Shown: positions 15,134 to 30,330 of the stretch, one piece after another
How positions within the stretch are numbered: the stretch's first letter is position 1
Layout: every line of letters begins with the position of its first letter
From: Eledone cirrhosa
Taxonomy: Eukaryota
Reading direction: 5' to 3'
Assembly (NCBI GenBank): GCA_964016885.1
Contig: OZ024751.1
Span: 6,820,001-6,884,000, forward strand
Length of the DNA stretch: 64,000 nt
The notes under the pieces: generated by a model
The model's database searches: none
Told to the model about the DNA's origin: nothing
The model's input: the letters and a program-made list of their open reading frames with translations, nothing else
Translations under genes and position numbers: made by a program

Positions 15134-16204
15134 TAGAGTTTGTACATATGACATTGGTATATATAGAGATACAACGGTGAATCAAAACAATAACATCAAT
15201 AATAAAAGAGCAGGAAAAAGAGGTAAAGAAGATAGAATGAAGACGTTCCAGATGTGAAAAAATAGTAAAAGAATAATAAGTTTAAAATACGATTGCTGAT
15301 AATAGTGGTGGTAGTGAGTAAGTGCATCTGTAAATATAAAACTAAAATGAAAAGCAACATCAAATGCATACATATATACGTGGTGGTCAAATCTCAGAGG
15401 GATAGAGTAGGAAATAAAAATAGTAAGAAATGACAGATAAAAGATAAAAAAATAAATTAAAAATTAAGTGAGAGGGGAAGAGATACGGGGATGAGACATA
15501 AGGGGTAGGGCTAAGGATGGGGAAGGAGTAGATAGGTAGATAGAGGATAAGAATCGAGATGCAAAGACTTGATATATGTGCGTGGTAAATGTCTCGTATG
15601 TTGATTGTCTTATCTTAATGGGGTTGATGTAGCTTTAGGGAGAGAGAGTGAAAGAAAGGTTAGGTGATTTATGATGCTGATCTAGTGACCGGTCGGGTTG
15701 TTCAGTTCGTATTTTGGGATTGCTGGATCGAATCATGCTGGTTTGAAATTTGCGAATTTGGTAGCTGCTTTGTGCCTACAGAAAATTGATCGTTCTATAT
15801 TGCAAAGTCCATTTGTAATATGGCGCTGTTCGATATTTTAAAGTATGATAAGGTGCTCCTTAACAGCGAAATAGAACGATCGACTTTCTGTAAGCACAAA
15901 TCAGCTACCAGATTCGCAAATTTCAAACCAACATGATTCGACCTAGCAATCCCAAAATTCGAACTGAACCACCCGGGTTTTAATATACTAACTACATACC
16001 ACCCCACTGTTATTAGCTGTCAACTGACCGACTGGTCACTAGATCAACATCATAAATATCCTAACCTTTCTCTCACTCTCAATCCCTAAAGCCACATCAT
16101 CGCTATTAAGATAAGACAAACAGCATGCGAGACATTTACCACACGCACATATATCAAGTCTCACCATCTCAATTCTTATCCTCTATCTACCTATCTACTC
16201 CTTC
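15023..16204. mobile_element. PLE 3' remnant with inverted arms
   Basis: 15522-15803 is inverted to 15866-16204; plus strand encodes LLNSEIERSTFCKHKSATRFANFKPT*, like the C-terminus of the 35.7-kb element (CLNKRNEFFTLCPH..NYK); left arm ends in a hammerhead motif. Confidence 0.65.
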
Positions 16205-17582
16205 AATATATATTCAACACTGGTCTTTTTGTAGGTCTGGGTAACGATATAATACCTAAGCAGAATATGAAAAATTGACTTGCATCCGTAGATGCGTGAC
16301 TATGTTGCAAATGTCATGCCTCTGAATGTCCTTCTGTTTTACAGGGTAAATGACATTCAAACTAGATAACATTTTACTCGAATAGCTATATCCCTTCTTT
16401 GCTTCGAAATTAAAACAAACAAACACATTCCCTAAATATGTTCCATTCTAACCATATTGTAAATATTAAAACCGTTTATTTCCAAACGTAATATCTAACA
16501 GCTTTAGAAAACTTAAACAATATAAAATTGAGTCTATGAGCACACAAAAATATATATTAGTGAAATTAGATTTGAAAATTATTTGTTTCTCTCCATTCCG
16601 ATAATACTCAACTGAAGGAGAGGTTATTTATTTATTCATATATTTTAGATATTATTTCTTTATTTCCACTTCCACCGACTATTTCAGATATACCTGCTCT
16701 GGAATTTAGTTTGGTTTCCCAGCAACAGTAGCAAGAGCGATTAGGTAATGCAATGCTTTCAAATAGAAGCTAGTGCTGATTAGTTGACATTGTATGATAT
16801 GTCTAACATGATAGTAGCAGTTTCACTTTGATATGAAATAATGAATTATAAATAAGTTAGAGCTATATTTCGTACAAAGGTAATGAAGTAATGAGATAAA
16901 TAGCTGCAAATCTATCACTATTGATCTCTATATTTTATAGTCCGCTAGTCTGAATCATCCTAATCTGCATGCGTATCTCTCATTCCTGTGATCGTGTATC
17001 ATTCCATTTATCTTCTATAAAACAAAATAAGGAATATATTTGGTAAGCCTTAGCTAGATATATCCATACCACCATTATTTAGTTTCACCATTATCATATA
17101 CGTTTGTATCCTAACCTGGTTAATTAAACATTCAATCCGACTATGTATGCAACGCATATTTAATGTATAGGCGTACGCTAAAGAAACACGGATAATATTA
17201 ACAATCCTATCTTCCTAAACGTTAATTTGAAACCTTAATATAATAGGAAACTCAGTCACAAAATAAAGACATATATTCATTGTCTGTCGGCGAAGAACGT
17301 TTGCAATTTCAATGCATTGAATTTTCATTCTCATGTATTTCAAATTAGGTTTACATGCAGTTTATATAACTCTCATCATCTATAGAAAATCTACTGTACA
17401 TAGCCATATTACTGAACGTTAACAGTAAGACTGATAAACTATGTTCTTTTTATTGTTAGGTAACTTGCGAGGGATCACATCTCCATTTATTACAGCGACA
17501 TGAACTAGTCCAAATTTGAAAGGATAATAAAATACAAGCTAAGCATTTAATGCATAAAAAGAATGCTATGTCTTCCACAATA

Positions 17583-17896
17583 ATCATTTCTACTATAGGC
17601 ACAAGGCCAGAAAATTTGGGAGATGGCAAAGTCGATTAAATTGACCCCAGTGAATTACTGGTGCTTTATTTAATCGACCCTGTAAGGCTGAAAGTCAAAG
17701 CTAACCTCGACGGTATTTGAACTCAGAATGTAAAAGGCCGAAACTTTATGCTGCGAAGCATGTTGTCCGACACTATCTCACAAAACAATTGTTTATACAT
17801 TTGGCAAAAAAACAACAACAAAAACAGCGATAACCCAGTGCATTACTAGTGCTTTATTTTATCGCCCCTGTAAGGATGAAAGGCAAAGTTAACCTG
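17583..17896 (-). mobile_element. Nin-domain-like SINE plus adjacent fragment
   Basis: TTTCTACTATAGGCACAAGGCC tail, ATCGACCCTGTAAGGCTGAAAG core, ATTTGAACTCAGAA B-box; second core at 17833-17896. Confidence 0.75.
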
Positions 17897-18514
17897 AAAT
17901 ATAAAAACAAATGATCATAAGAACGAAACAAAGTAACTATATTTCTATTTATATTTCCATTGCTACGAATTGCAGAAGTATCAACGATTTCTCAGAGATT
18001 GGACGTGGGATTTGACTTACGAATGTATAGAGCCGGAAGACATCACAAAATATCACGTCCGAACATTTCAACAATTTCGCCAATAAAGCATTCAAAATTC
18101 CCTGGACTATTACAGAATTTATCGACCTAATAAAAAATGTTCTTCGTGGGAATTGAGATCACATCGTAAACAGCTGGAACAAATACCAAGGCAGTCTATC
18201 CGCAACTATGAGTCTGCTTATATAACGTCCAAGTGAAAAGAAGAGACAAACATAATCGATCTTAAGAACAAGGGGAAATTAATGGAGAAGTCTATGCACC
18301 ATGTTTCTAGAATGGTACATTATTTTATGGGAGTCTCACAGGTAACAAGTAAAATTGACCTTGACACAATGCGAAACCAGCATTCAAGACGAAGAAAAGA
18401 GAAAAAAACTCTACAAAACATTTTGTGCTACGCTCTATCGATTCTACCAAGAAGATAATAAATGCATAGAAAATAACGAATTAGTAATTTTGAAAAGAAC
18501 ATGGATGAAAAATA

Positions 18515-18690
18515 TTAGTTTCTGATTTAGGCACAAAGCCAACAACTTGCGGAGAGTGGAAAGTCGATTAAATCGACTCCAGTGAAAGGCAAAGATAACC
18601 ACGGTGGGAAGTGAACTAATATCGTAAAGAGTCATAACCCTATGCCATATAGCATGATGTTCGACTCTCTACTGATTCCACCAATAAATC
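18515..18690 (-). mobile_element. internally deleted Nin-domain-like SINE
   Basis: AGGCACAAAGCC..AGTCGATTAAATCGACTCCAGT..GAAAGGCAAAG. Confidence 0.55.
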
Positions 18691-19288
18691 GACATAAACG
18701 AATGAAAATGATTACAAATAAAAAATGAAAATAATTATATGGACGAGCTACATCAAAATTCACGCGTGAGGAGTTAAACAGAAGAAATGGAACTTACGCA
18801 CATAAATTCATACAGAAACAGCAAATTAAAATGGACAATAGAATAAATTGAGACAATTCAATCACCCACGTAACAAAGTTGTATATTACCTAGCAATCAA
18901 CTTGACATGCCAAAGAAATTAACCACTCCCACGTGTAAAGTAGAATGCAATAAATGCATTTATAAGAATTAAACCGAAAATAGAGAAAAAACAAAAATAA
19001 ACAATCACTGTAAAAACTGACCTATAGCTGACGTCAAGAGACGAAGTAGAATTATGTCAGTGATGTGTACGAATAAAACACTTGAATTTTTTATGGTCTA
19101 GAATACTAAAACAATAAATATAGCAGACATTTTCAAAGATAATGTTGGAGCTGTTTCAGTTTGAACATACGATCAGATTAAACTAGCTGCAAGGCTCTGT
19201 GGACATAGAATTCCATTAACAATCAAATTGTTTCGGTTTCGTGCACACTTCCTGTCTCTCTGTTTAAGGGTGTTCTAACAGAGATATA

Positions 19289-22206
19289 TCTATATATTAA
19301 TTTCAAGAACGTCAAAAGAACGTTTGATTATGAAATATCGTTGTCATATTAATGTGGTAATTTGTACCTCAGTGAAAGCTTGCAAATATCTATTCAAATA
19401 TGTTTACAAAGGTCATGATCGGGCAATGATCAATGTCAGGAATGAGGAAGCGAACCAAGGAGATGAAGTTGGCAGGTTCCAGGATGCTCGCTCGATTGGA
19501 TCTAGCGAAGCTGGCTGGAGATTGTTCGATTTTGATCTCAATGAACGCAAACCCAGCGTTCAGAAACTGACGGCTCACTTAGAGAATAGGCAAATGGTGT
19601 GTTTTCAGGTCACTAGAAGAGGGCTCGAAAAAATTGCTAACGCACCACCTCCTAAAACGGAATTGACTGAGTGGTTCAAGCATAATAGGGAACATGCTTT
19701 GAACCCGGATCAAAGGCAAATCTACTGCGAATTCCCTTCGCACTATACGTGGGATAAGAAGGGAAAGAAATGGAATGATAGAAAACAAAAGTTGAGATTC
19801 CTGACTATTGGACGGGTTTGTAATGTCCATCCAGCATCTGGTAATGTGTTTTATCTCCAAATCCTGTTGCATAATGATTTTTCGAGAGGTAAACAGAGCT
19901 TCGCTGATTTGAAAACAATCAATGGCGTGGAATATGAAACATACCAGGCTGTGTGTCAGCATCTAGGACTCCTTCAGGATGACGCTGAATGGAATAACGC
20001 CATGCAAGCTGCAGGAACAACACAGATGCCAGCTCAGATAAGGCAGTTGTTTGTCACGATTCTAGGATTCTGCAATCCTACTGATCCAAGAGAGTTATTT
20101 GAATGCCATTGGGGAATTATGGCTGATGATTTTAGGCATCATTTTCAGGTTGATGATGAACATTTGATGAAAGCTATTGTTTTGCTCAATATTGAGCAAC
20201 TGCTTGAAGTTCATTTCAAATGTTTAAGAGATTTCAATTTGCCAATTCCTGATGAAGAAATGCGGCAACGTGTCTTAGCATTGAACATGATATTGTAGCT
20301 TAGACGGTTGATACTCGATCGGGAGGAACTATTCCAGTTTGATCCACTGGAACAGCAACGTATTGTGGATGAACGTATGCCAATGTTGACCCAATCTCAG
20401 AGAGAATTGGTCGATGGCATTCTCCACCCGATTTCCACTAATGAGCAACTTTGTGCTTTCACAGATCATCCAGGAGGCACCAGAAAGACATTCTGTTTCA
20501 ACACTATGTTATCGGCAGTCAGAGCTCAGAGGAATATTGCTCTCCCTGTGGCCACCAGTGGGATAGCTGCCACTTTGCTGAGTGGTGGAAGGACCTTCCA
20601 CTCATGCTTCAAGGCTCCATTGGCTCCATTGGCTCCGGATGAATTGAGTGTCTGTAACATTACAGGACAAAGTGAACTCGCGGGCCTTATACGCAATACG
20701 TCTCTGATTATTTGGGACGAGGCTCCAATGGCGCACAGATATTTGCTGAAGGCATTGGACATAATTTGAGAGATATCTGCGGTAGTCACCTGCCATTCGG
20801 TAGTAAGACTATCGTTCTTAGTGGCGATTTCAGACAGGTGCTACCAATTGTTAGGAATGCTCAAAGAGTGCAAATTGTCGATGCATGTCTGAAAAAGTCC
20901 CCGTTGTGGCGCCATTTAAGAGCTTTGCGATAATATGCCACTTCGTATGTTCGGGCAAAACGAAGAGGCTGAGACATACGGCCGATGGTTGATGCAGTTG
21001 GGAAACGATGAAATGCCACACGTTGGTGATAATCAGACTGTAAGAATCCCAGACCATTTGGTCATGCCACTGGACCGCGAAGCATTGATTGATTGGGTGC
21101 TCCCTAATTTGAATGCTTTTTGGCAGAATATCTCCTGGATATCGGAACGCGTTAATCTAACTCATACGAAGGCAACGGTCGATGAAATAAATTCACAAGT
21201 AGCCGGAATGTTTCCTGGAGAGGAATGGTTGACCGTCAGTGCGGATGCAATGGAGCCTAATCAGCAGAACAATTTGGATATTCCGACTGAGTATCTGAAT
21301 TCACTTCAAATACCCGGATTTCCCCACATATTTTGAGGTTGAAAAAGGGTGTGCCGATTATGTTGTTTAGAAATATCAATCATAAAATGGGTCTTTGCAA
21401 TGGTACCAGATTGATTGTTGAGAGATTGATTAACGGAAGAGTTTTAGAAGCTAAACTCCCAGGCAGAGAGGATCAGTTCTCATTCCGAGGATCATGCTGA
21501 GACCAAGTGAAGATCAGCTGCCATTCATTTGGCAAAGGAGACAGTTTCCCGTCAATTTGGCCTTCTCCATGATTGTCAACAAGGCACATGCACAGACTTT
21601 AAAGCGAGTCGGTGTCTACTTGAATGATCCAGCATTTAGCCATGGGCAACTGTATGTTGCTGCATCTCGAGTGTGCGATTCTGATGGTATTCAATTTGCA
21701 ATTGACACCACTAACAGAGGAACAACGCTGAATATTGTCTATAATGAAACTTTGAGCATATCTTTAATGCTATCAATAAGCGACGTAAATCATTCGGACA
21801 TTGGTGTCCTTTGATCAGTATTGTGAGCTTTGACAGAGTTATCATTTATGTTCAATGTCATTTAATGTCGTTATGAGCAATACAAATAACCAAATATTGG
21901 TAAAAAATGCTTTCACTGCTATGTTGCTCAATAAATACCAACAAGTATTGGTAGAAATTGCCTTCACTGCTATGAATATTCGCCGTAAATGATTCAGACA
22001 TTGGTGTCCTTTGATCAGTATTGTGAGCTTTGACAGCGTTATCATTTATGTTCAATGTCATTTATTGTTGATAATGAGCAATAAAAACCAACAAGTATTG
22101 GTAGAAATTGCCTTCAAATGTATCGATTCTGATAGCGGTGGTAATAAAACCTCATCATATGCTGAGTCTGGCAAAACGTTTGGTGCCTATGGCCGGCCAG
22201 GGCTAG
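19289..22206 (+). mobile_element. Helitron, internally deleted autonomous-type copy
   Basis: A|TCTATATATTAATTTCAA 5' terminus, RepHel coding region, 200-bp tandem duplication (21785/21985); tentative GC-rich end and CTAG at 22203-22206. Confidence 0.85.
19324..21814 (+). pseudogene. Helitron RepHel (Rep C-terminal half + Pif1 helicase), with stops and frameshifts
   Basis: HINV..KYLFKYVYKGHD (Rep Y2 motif); GGTRKTF, VATSGIAATLLSGGRTFHS, IIWDEAPM, GDFRQVLP, GLCNGTRL, RRQFPV, FSHGQLYVAASRV, split over five ORFs. Confidence 0.95.
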
Positions 22207-22503
22207 AATAATATTGAAAAACGATTCTATTTTCGGAGTAGAAGGATCGGCCATTTGGAGTTCAAACAGGCCACCTCCCCGAGTTGAACTCTGGGCAAAA
22301 TTGACGGTCTATTACTCAGTGGCTAAGAGCGTGGAAATTACTGAATACATTTTTGTGTTATATAATTTGTTGTTTTATTATTATAGCTGACCACTTATAG
22401 ATAAGTATGTTATCCATATCCATATTAATTTGGCATTTGTATAAACCATTTCAAGTAAATAGGGACCTTTTTTTACATTGACGGACATCTTTTATATAAA
22501 TTA

Positions 22504-22862
22504 TCTAAATCTATATCTACATATAATATAGCAGATTGGAACTTCCATCATCCTTTTGAGAAACATGGAACAACCACGTCTATGCAATGATACACGTTTT
22601 ACTGTCAGACAGAAGATGAACCATCTCCTATAGGTCACTATTCTAGGTGGGAGCACCTGGAATTGTTCATATACTATGCACAAACGGTACAACGAAGATT
22701 CTGGTATATCTGGAAGATTCTTTTTACTGTTTTTGGTATCACACAGACACTACGGACTCGCCTCATACTGTAACCAGACAAACATCCAATACAGTCATTT
22801 TCTCTTTTACCTGTCTTCTCTTATCATCTGTTTACTCGAGCGAAGCTGGGTACGTCAGCTAG
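22504..22862 (+). mobile_element. non-autonomous Helitron (~360 bp)
   Basis: 5' A|TC, 3' hairpin TACTCGAGCGAAGCTGGGTA then CTAG|T; sister copy at 23388. Confidence 0.85.
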
Positions 22863-23387
22863 TCTATATATTAATTTCAACAATGTCAGTATTCCGTGTG
22901 TCATAATTCTTGATTATGACACACGGAATAATGATAATTCTCGATTATGATTGGTTCATAGGTTTCAAATGACTCCGCCCACCTCAACGACGCCAAACTT
23001 AAATTAATATGCATAATGCCAATGAGGGAGTGAGAGGGGAGAGTAAAAAACAGAGAGGCAAAGTGAACGCTGTAACTATTACCATGTGTGCGTGTGTATG
23101 TACGTGCGCGTATGTTTATGTGTGTGTGCGTGCAGCTTTCCACAGAAAGTAAAAGCAATTCGACTTCATCAAACAGTGAACTACAGCGGCAACAGCGTGC
23201 AGCCAGGAATGAAGAAAAACGGGCCGAACAGCGCCATCGGAACGCCGAACTTCAGAGGAGAAGACGTCCCGCCATGAATGAAGGGGAGCAGGCTGAACAA
23301 CGCAAACGAAACACTGGAGTCAAGCAGCGATGTCGTGCTGCGATGGTTGAAGACGAACTGGCTGAGCATCATCTTTTATATTAATTA
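22863..23387 (+). mobile_element. 5' portion of an autonomous-type Helitron
   Basis: Starts TCTATATATTAATTTCAA as at 19289; encodes charged helical repeats (ELQRQQRAARNEEKRAEQRHRNAELQRRRR) typical of RepHel N-termini. Confidence 0.65.
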
Positions 23388-23746
23388 TCTATATCTATAT
23401 CTACATATAATATAAAAGATTGGAACTTCCATCATCCTTTTGAGAAACGTGGAACAACCACTTCTATGCAATGATACATGCTTTGCAGTCAGGCAGAAGA
23501 TGAACTATCTCGTAGAGGTCACTATTCTAGGTGGGAGCACCTAGAATTGTTCATATACTATGTACAAACGGTACAACGAAGAATCTGTTATATCGGGAAA
23601 ATTATTTTAACTGTTTTTTTTGTATCTCACAGACACCACGGACTCGCCCCATACTGTAACCAGAATAACATCCAATACAGTCATTTTCTCTTTTACCTCT
23701 TCTCTTAACGTCTGTTTACCCGGGTGAAGCTGGGTACGTCAGCTAG
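23388..23746 (+). mobile_element. non-autonomous Helitron (~360 bp)
   Basis: 5' A|TC, 3' hairpin TACCCGGGTGAAGCTGGGTA then CTAG|T; homologous to 22504-22862. Confidence 0.85.
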
Positions 23747-23954
23747 TGAGCATTATCGTGTGATTCAAATCTTTTATGCATAAACATAGCGAATGACCAT
23801 AGTAAATATATGCACACATACACATGCACTCGCATATACACACACACACACACACTCACATATATATATATTTGTATACACACATACGCACACACAGACG
23901 CACAGACACACACACACACACATACACCCACATACACCACACACACACACACAG

Positions 23955-23988
<34 letters not shown>

Positions 23989-25663
23989 GAACACCTAGAA
24001 AGAGGAAGATTTTAACTAAATACCCAATGCATTATTGAAGGACAATTTACAAGGATATAAATTCACACCTGTCTAATAACAGAGAGCAATTGGTTTAGCT
24101 CATATATCCCAATACTATTTAATCTAATACATCTTTCATATATCACCGATGAAGATATATTCACCATATCCATTTCTGAATTCGTAGAGAAGAACATTCG
24201 GTATTAAATCATCGGTTTTAATGATTTTTTCATTGTCCTATATAACACGCTCTACGTAACGTATTGTGTCTATTCGAAGAATGTCTAATTATTGTTAATT
24301 AAGCAATTAGCATATATAATTCCGATGATTAATTGCTCATTTGCATCTGAGATAAATACAAACATTTTGATTTACTGTTGTATTTTTCCAAATCATCGAA
24401 TATAATTGTATGTCTCTCTTGACAATATTTTGTTTTATCAACAAAATTGTATTTCTACCTAATTCTCAATTAGAATCATTCATTATAAAATCACTGTTGG
24501 TTTGAAATTCCTGATTTAGAGAGATAATTAGTACATTTATTTAATTTATTAGTGAAGGTTATCTCAATAGAATGACTGTTTTTTGAGATCTCCGACACTA
24601 TATCCCATGATGATTATTTGGAAAATAAGAATATTTTTAAAGGACACACACACATAAATACACACAAATAAACACAAACATGCACGCACACACACACACA
24701 CACACAAACAAACATACACACACACCTACACACACACATACATCAAATCATACAAAATACACACTATACACATGGTTGTGGTTGTTAGTTGATTTGGAAA
24801 TTAAGAATATTTTTAGGACACACATACACACCTATACAGACAGGCACATACAAAATATACACAACACACACATGTGTGTTTGTTAGTAGTGTGCGTAAAT
24901 AAATCACATTTGGAATGGATCTCCCTTTGAGACTGATTAACGTTATATTATTCTTTAATTTCTGAAGATATTTGCTATGTCCAATATTTTATTCTAAGAT
25001 GAATGAACGATACATTATTTCCAGATACGTTTGCTCGTAAATCTATGGAAAGTTTGAAACGTTTCATTTGATTAGCAATTTGACATGACAATATTATTGT
25101 GTATCATAGTCGAATTGTGTTATGATGCATTGCACTTATAACAGCCATATCGTCACATTTGCTACAAATAGAGAGTATCCATGACTGAAAGTAAATTAGG
25201 TGCCTTTGATTTCAAATCTATGATAATATATCATTGAATGCGTGAAATTTGATACAATTGTTTGTATATTAATGAACTATATAATTTCGTTATACCATGA
25301 ATTGTGCTTTTATATTTAAAAAAATTCACAGTGAAAAATCTATCACTACTAACTAAGCTATTATTGTTTAAAATATTAGTAAAAAAGAAAATATATGGGG
25401 ATTTTTATAGCAATATATGGAATTATTATACATAGCAAGAAATACATATTTAATTATTAGTTCTATTTTGTGTAAAGTAACAACAACACACAAGCATTCA
25501 GAAAAACATTTGTTATTGTTTTTTTTTTTTTACATTGTTACATGAACAACAGTAATAAAATAGAAGGAATAAATCAAACCGAGGAGAAATATCGCAATAA
25601 AAGTCAATGGTGTTTATAAAATTCGTCCGAATGATTTTCATGATGAAGTAGAGGTATTCAAAC

Positions 25664-26375
25664 ATGACTGACTGACTGGCACTCCGTCAGTTATGACGAC
25701 GAGTGTTCCAATTGATCCGATCAACGAAATACCCTGCCCTTGTAATTAACATATAAAGGGCCGTAACTCTATGTAGCGAAGGATTTTGTCGACGCTCTAC
25801 CGATACTGCCATTCCACCACCTACAAACACGAAATAATAGAATGTATGCCTACGTATATTTTATTAGATTGGTAGAAAGGAGTTAGAAATTAAATCTTAG
25901 AAATATGTTCATGACACAACAATAATACAAATATTGATATTACGTATAAGAATGAACTGAACTAAACTGACACTCCGTCAGTTACGACGAAGCGTGTTCC
26001 AGTTGATCCGATCAACGGAAAAGCCTGCTAAGGAAATTAATGTACACGTGGATGAGCATTCCACAGACATTTTTGCCTTGCTCAAGGAAGCAACCCGCCG
26101 CTGGGAATGAACTCTCGACTTAACCACAAAGCTACGCGCCTTCACACAACTACATACACATACATACTGGTTGCTGATTTAGACATACGCCCAGGAATTT
26201 TTTGGGTGGGATGATCGACTAAATCCACCCTATTGCGTTACTGGTACTTTATATTATCGACCCCGTAAGGATGAGAGGCTAAGCTAACCTCGGCGCAGTT
26301 GGAACTCAAACTGCAAGGGGACGTTACTATATGCAATAAAATATGTTATCAGACGCTCTAGCGATACTGCAATAC
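25664..26375 (-). mobile_element. cluster of SINE fragments (two CORE-type tails, one Nin-like SINE)
   Basis: CACTCCGTCAGTTA..GTTCCA.TTGATCCGATCAACG at ~25680 and ~25971 (reverse of the 58620-58690 tail); ATCGACCCCGTAAGGATGAGAGGC at ~26256. Confidence 0.7.
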
Positions 26376-27265
26376 ACTGTACTCATATACACATACATAT
26401 TTAAACATATTACTCTCAGAGATATACATTTACAACTATATGCACGTATACATGGAGAAGTATACAATCACACACACATACACACACACTCACATATATA
26501 GCTCTCTCTCTCTCATATATATATATAGGAAAATATAAATCTTCCACCATAAATCAAACAACATTCAATTATTTATATATTTACGGCAAGAATATAGTAC
26601 AACCTATTGGTCTTCTTGGCTTTGTGCTTTCAAACATAACACAATGTAGATATATAACTCAAAGCTGTTATATTTCTTCCGAAATATTTACTTTTCTTCA
26701 TAGCAATACTAGCCAAAGATACAAAACAAAATGCTATGTCTGCAACTCTTGCCTTCGAATATGCTGGTGTAATCGTTTCACACGGTTACACAACGAGAAG
26801 GAAGCTTCAGAACGATGTATGTATAACAAAGAACGCTACATGCAGCAAATCCAAACTTTATAAATAATTTTGGCTCTTGCATATTTAATGAATCAAGATT
26901 CTATATTAATAGTCGTATGGGGATCCATAATCCCGCACTTCAAATAGCTTTTCAAATCAATCACGTCATATCATACATTATTTTCTCAGAAAATATCATA
27001 AGCTGTGGAATTATTCCATTTTTAACTATAGCCATTCAAATGCTTATCGTGGTATATGCATCCTGTGAGACAATGCTGTGAGCTATAGAAAATATATTTC
27101 AAAGAATTTTGAAAAGTTGAATATAATGTGGCCGGGTGTATATGAAAGACTAATAAAATATTTTTATGCGTTTCAAGTAGTAACGTGTGCATTGCCATAA
27201 ATAGCAGCAGAGAATCGGATAAGGTAATATAGTACATACACAGACATACATGTACATATAGAAAT

Positions 27266-27314
<49 letters not shown>

Positions 27315-27335
27315 ATAAATATATATATGTATATA

Positions 27336-27543
27336 TAACAAAGGAACTGTGGTAAGGAACCAGATGGACCATAACGTACCAGAGTACTCAATACTTAGAG
27401 TAGTAGAGTGGGAAATATGAAAAAGTATGACCCCGACGGCAGAGCTGAAGCCGTTTCGACGGCTATTTCTGGATATAGCCGTTGTCCAGAAATACCCGTC
27501 GAAACGGTTTGAGCTCTGCCGTCGGGGTCATACTTTTTCATAT
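27336..27543. mobile_element. family C foldback element (hammerhead 3' half in both arms)
   Basis: 27415-27473 is inverted to 27485-27543 (CCGTCGAAACGG.TTGAGCTCTGCCGTCGGGGTC); left arm continues with the family C tail. Confidence 0.75.
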
Positions 27544-27750
27544 ATATATATATATATATATATATGTTTGTTGAGTGAGATGGAAGCCAGTCAGAGTATA
27601 GCTTAAGGCTTTCTCTGTTAATGTATTGTATATATATATATATATGTATATATCACATTTCTATATGTAGTTGTATGTCTGTGTATGTACTATATTACAT
27701 TATCCGATTCTGTGCTGCTATACACACACACATATATATATATATATATA

Positions 27751-28542
<792 letters not shown>

Positions 28543-29314
28543 TATATATATATATATATATATATATGATGAGAATATTTCTGTGGTAACAGAACTCATC
28601 AATAGAATTTTAACAGCTGACAGGCCATAAAGGTCTAATATTTGGTCGCCGAAATTGATCGATATATATAATCTAATATTAAAGTTTAAAATTCAAAATG
28701 GCATCATTAAATAGGAAATAAAATAAATAAACACTATATAAATGTAAATAGAACTCTTTCTTTAGCAACACAATTTCTATATAGACAAATCTGCTATAAA
28801 CGAATCTTAAAAAATATAAAACAGTTTATACTCTAGCAGTGGTATTGAGTAATTTCTCTTTCGTTCATCACGATCAACACACACAAACACATTTACACTG
28901 ACACAAATACATACATAATTGCTGCAACTCGATTTCGAGTAATGTCATCGTTTGATAGTTAAGGATGAGAATCACGGAAGAGTCTTTTTAATCATGTTAA
29001 TGTCCTGCCTATGGCAAGTTATGGCATGCATCCTCCCAAAAAGCCACATTTCAAGAGCTACCTGTGCTTCAAGCTTTTTAAAGTGAGGATGGGATTTTCA
29101 CGGGCCCAATCCCTCTGTCTGAACATGGAATGAATATACCCACAACATAGATCTGATTTATATAATTGGATGCAAACCAAGTCGCAGATTTCATGCCAGA
29201 GTGGCCTTCTCCTAGAGAGATATCGTAATGGAGAGGAGGAGACTCTCGCGCTACCAAAAAATATATACATATATTTATTCATACACACACACAGACATTA
29301 TATATATATATTGT

Positions 29315-29533
29315 GAAGGCGTGTGGCTGAGTGGTTAGAGAATTGGATTCACAATCTTGAGGTTGTGAGTTCGATTCCTGGACCGGGCGATGCGTTATGT
29401 CCTTGAGCAAGACACTTTATTTCACGCTGCTCCTTCTACCTGGAGTTGCGACCGATAGATAGTACTAGCAACTGCAAAGACCAACAGAAACATTGTTTCC
29501 TCGGTCCGATTTGACGAAAGTCGATCGATCCTT
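29315..29533 (+). mobile_element. tRNA-derived SINE (CORE-like)
   Basis: GGCGTGTGGCTGAGTGG A-box, GAGTTCGATTCC B-box, TGTCCTTGAGCAAGACACTTT; close copy at 48497. Confidence 0.85.
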
Positions 29534-29554
29534 TATATATATATATAATATTAA

Positions 29555-30330
29555 GGATACTATTTATGGTTATGTATATACTAAAACTTTTTTATAGTTA
29601 TATATATTTTAAACCCTAAACAGTGAAGGTCAGTAATTAATTACAACCTTATTACCAGTAAGATAAATAGCTCAATGTAATATCAGTTGTTATACAGAGC
29701 AGTTATATAGAATTCACAAGAATCAAAGCTATGTTCAAAGCATTTATTTACTTACAATTGTTTAATCCAAACCTAGGCTTGGAGTCTTCGGAGCATTTTT
29801 CAATGTTTGTACACATAATTGACCTCCTTTCCAACGCAAGAGACATACAGATACATATGTATATATTGATGTACAGTGGAGTGACATATATTATATTATA
29901 TTATTTCTGTATAGCAATTCAAATTCAAAATGAAAATCAAAATCAAAATTAAAACAAAATTAAAACAAAATTAAAATACATTCGGCAGTTAACATAGATA
30001 ATGCAAGGGGATAGTTTTTTAGTCAGATGTAGTAGTTATTGTTTGTGTTAGTTACACGTGGGGCATGCACGTGTGTCTCATTTATATATGATTATTGTGT
30101 GGCAGGTTGTTACATGTAATACAAGCACTTTAAGCGGGTAAGTAAGAGTATTATGGAGGTTGTAGTGGTAAGGTATGTTTTGTATATAATAAAACAGTAT
30201 GTGTGCAGAAAAATAAAAATAAAAAGGAGAAGCAAAAGAAAGTTATGGTTTTCGTATCCACCACCATTTTCACATTCAGGAAATGTAATATATAGTTTAT
30301 ACATCCATCACATAATTAACGATGATTCCG
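29555..30330 (-). mobile_element. PLE-pLTR-like repeat, same family as 31987-33088
   Basis: 29555-29702 matches the reverse complement of 32960-33085; decayed CCGAAGA hammerhead at 29750-29794. Confidence 0.6.
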
